From positions 23,279 through 87,278 of the forward strand of contig DIXG01000100.1 of NCBI GenBank assembly GCA_002436005.1: DNA of 64,000 nucleotides. The letters are read 5' to 3'. Shown in pieces: positions 62,424 to 64,000 of the stretch. Every line of letters starts with the position of its first letter. Within the stretch, counting starts at the first letter, position 1. The notes beneath the pieces were generated by a model that ran no database searches, was not told where the DNA came from, and saw nothing but the letters and a program-made list of their open reading frames with translations. The DNA is from Anaerolineaceae bacterium UBA6086 (GTDB taxonomy: Bacteria > Chloroflexota > Anaerolineae > Anaerolineales > Anaerolineaceae). A program made the translations under genes and the position numbers.

Positions 62424-62555
62424 AATGTACTCCTCTCATTGACCTTCCGTGAATCATCCATAATTGTAAACGAAGTTATCAGATCAGGTCATTGAAAGGG
62501 ATTGCAGCTGAGAGTGCGACGTTGTGCCTGTTGACATTTGTGAGATAATCAAACC

Positions 62556-63266
62556 ATGACACACGCTGATGACCCTGTAGATTCTGTCCAGATCCTATAC
62601 GAGGATGATGACCTTCTTCTGGTCAATAAACCCCCGGGTATGCTCAGTGTTCCTGATGGATACAATCCCGCATTACCCCATCTTAGAAGCATTTTAACAC
62701 CAAATTTTGGCGATTTATGGATGGTCCATCGCCTGGATAAGGATACAAGCGGTGTCATTATCCTTGCAAAAAATCCGCAAACACATCGTCAGCTGAACGA
62801 AGGTTTCCGATCTGGCATGGTGAAAAAGATCTATCACGGCCTGGTCACCCCGGCACCAGGCTGGCAAGAGCTCACAATTGATTTTCCACTTGCCATCAAT
62901 GCGGACCGCAAACACCGCACGCGGGTCAACGTAGAGAATGGTAAAACGGCACTCTCTCTATGCAAAGTGATCAAACGTTTTCCGCTCGGAGCCCTGCTTG
63001 AAATCGAGATTGAGACCGGGATCACACACCAGATCCGTGCCCATTTGCGTGCCATCGATCTGATGCTGATCGGTGATCCACTTTACAGCGCAGGGCTGCC
63101 CCTGCCCCCCATTGACGCCGACAGGACTATGCTGCACGCCAAAACAATCTCCTTCAGCCATCCCACCACTGGGGAGACGAAGGACTTCACAGCGCCATAT
63201 TTTGATGATTTCAGAGATACTTATGCAAAGCTTCAATTTACCACAAGTCTGGATGAAGTCCTTTGA
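62556..63266 (+). CDS. RluA family pseudouridine synthase
   Basis: NKPPG, HRLDKDTSG, TG.THQIRAH, GD.LY, LHA. Confidence 0.93.
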   Translation: MTHADDPVDSVQILYEDDDLLLVNKPPGMLSVPDGYNPALPHLRSILTPNFGDLWMVHRLDKDTSGVIILAKNPQTHRQLNEGFRSGMVKKIYHGLVTPAPGWQELTIDFPLAINADRKHRTRVNVENGKTALSLCKVIKRFPLGALLEIEIETGITHQIRAHLRAIDLMLIGDPLYSAGLPLPPIDADRTMLHAKTISFSHPTTGETKDFTAPYFDDFRDTYAKLQFTTSLDEVL

Positions 63267-63939
63267 TCGAGGCTGTTCCTCTTTCTCCAATGATGACATG
63301 ATCCAAAATCGGTAAATCCAGCAATTGCCCACCCTCAATCAGCATTCTCGTCAGATGGATATCCTCCGGGCTGGGTGACGGATCTCCGCTGGGATGGTTA
63401 TGCACAACGATCAACCCGGCAGCATTATGGCGAATCCCATTTTTGAATACATCTGCAGGTCTGACCGGAGAAGAATTGAGCGATCCGCGATACAGCTGAT
63501 CGATGCGCAGCAGCCGATTGCGGCTGTCAAGCAATAACACCCACAGCTCTTCCTGCTCCAATCGCGCCATCTTATAGCGCACCTGGTCTGCCACGTCCTG
63601 AGGGCTGCTGATCACCGGTCGGTCAACTGTCTTCGCCTGGGAAAGTCGCCGTCCCAATTCAATTGCAGCCTTGATCTGGATGGCTTTAGTTTCTCCCACC
63701 CCCACGACGGTACACATTTCTTGAATCGTGGCTTTCTGTAATCCAGATAAGCCTTCAAATTCATACAACAATTTCTGACCAACCTGGACAGCACTGATCC
63801 CCTTTGTGCCGACCCGAAGCAATATCGCAATCAATTCTGCATCAGATAAAACTTCGGGACCAAACTTTTCCAGTCGCTCACGCGGCCTTTGAGATTCTTC
63901 AATGTCCTTGATACGATACCCACCAATCTGATCTGACAT
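63238..63939 (-). CDS. radC: RadC (JAB domain) family protein
   Basis: RPRERL, LSDAEL.AILL, HNHPSGDPSPS.ED, LDHVII. Confidence 0.94.
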   Translation of the reverse strand: MSDQIGGYRIKDIEESQRPRERLEKFGPEVLSDAELIAILLRVGTKGISAVQVGQKLLYEFEGLSGLQKATIQEMCTVVGVGETKAIQIKAAIELGRRLSQAKTVDRPVISSPQDVADQVRYKMARLEQEELWVLLLDSRNRLLRIDQLYRGSLNSSPVRPADVFKNGIRHNAAGLIVVHNHPSGDPSPSPEDIHLTRMLIEGGQLLDLPILDHVIIGERGTASIKGLHPDLW

Positions 63940-64000
63940 AAAATTACGCTCCTCAAATTCATGATGCTTGTTCAAGATGGTCCACTTGCCAGCGACCTTC

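Noticed and set aside
63238..63939. radC as a marker of a mobile element
   Set aside because: Full-length chromosomal-type RadC with N-terminal HhH region; no mobile genes nearby

Overview
Gene-dense chromosomal window of an anaerobic bacterium, most likely Anaerolineaceae (Chloroflexota; inferred from gene repertoire and Pro/Thr-linker membrane proteins). In order, it holds hypF(3' end)-hypCDE, a SUF cluster (sufCBD, Rieske ferredoxin, SufR-like regulator, SufT), feoAB, a stand-alone DnaE2-type polymerase with a LexA-like box, treS, and a rubredoxin gene missing from the ORF track whose fourth Fe-ligand codon is TGA. Next come a complete Na+-type N-ATPase operon (atpDCQRBEFA-[darA-like]-G), araB, an MsmX-type ATPase, tRNA-Gln(CUG), mreBCD-mrdA-rodA, MoxR/DUF58, a long minus-strand run (smpB, hutH, Tat L,D-transpeptidase, ccdA-tlpA-DUF2085, pgeF, yggS, yggT), zwf, prs, a TGA-interrupted degV, an Fe-ADH, rluA and radC. 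No CRISPR array, transposase, integrase or rRNA was seen. The best candidate for an undescribed system is the N-ATPase operon: a translationally coupled PII-like c-di-AMP-receptor (DarA/PstA-like) gene sits between alpha and gamma, and the leader carries a candidate Na+-I (DUF1646) riboswitch-like hairpin. Family assignments come from motif recognition by eye; no searches were run.
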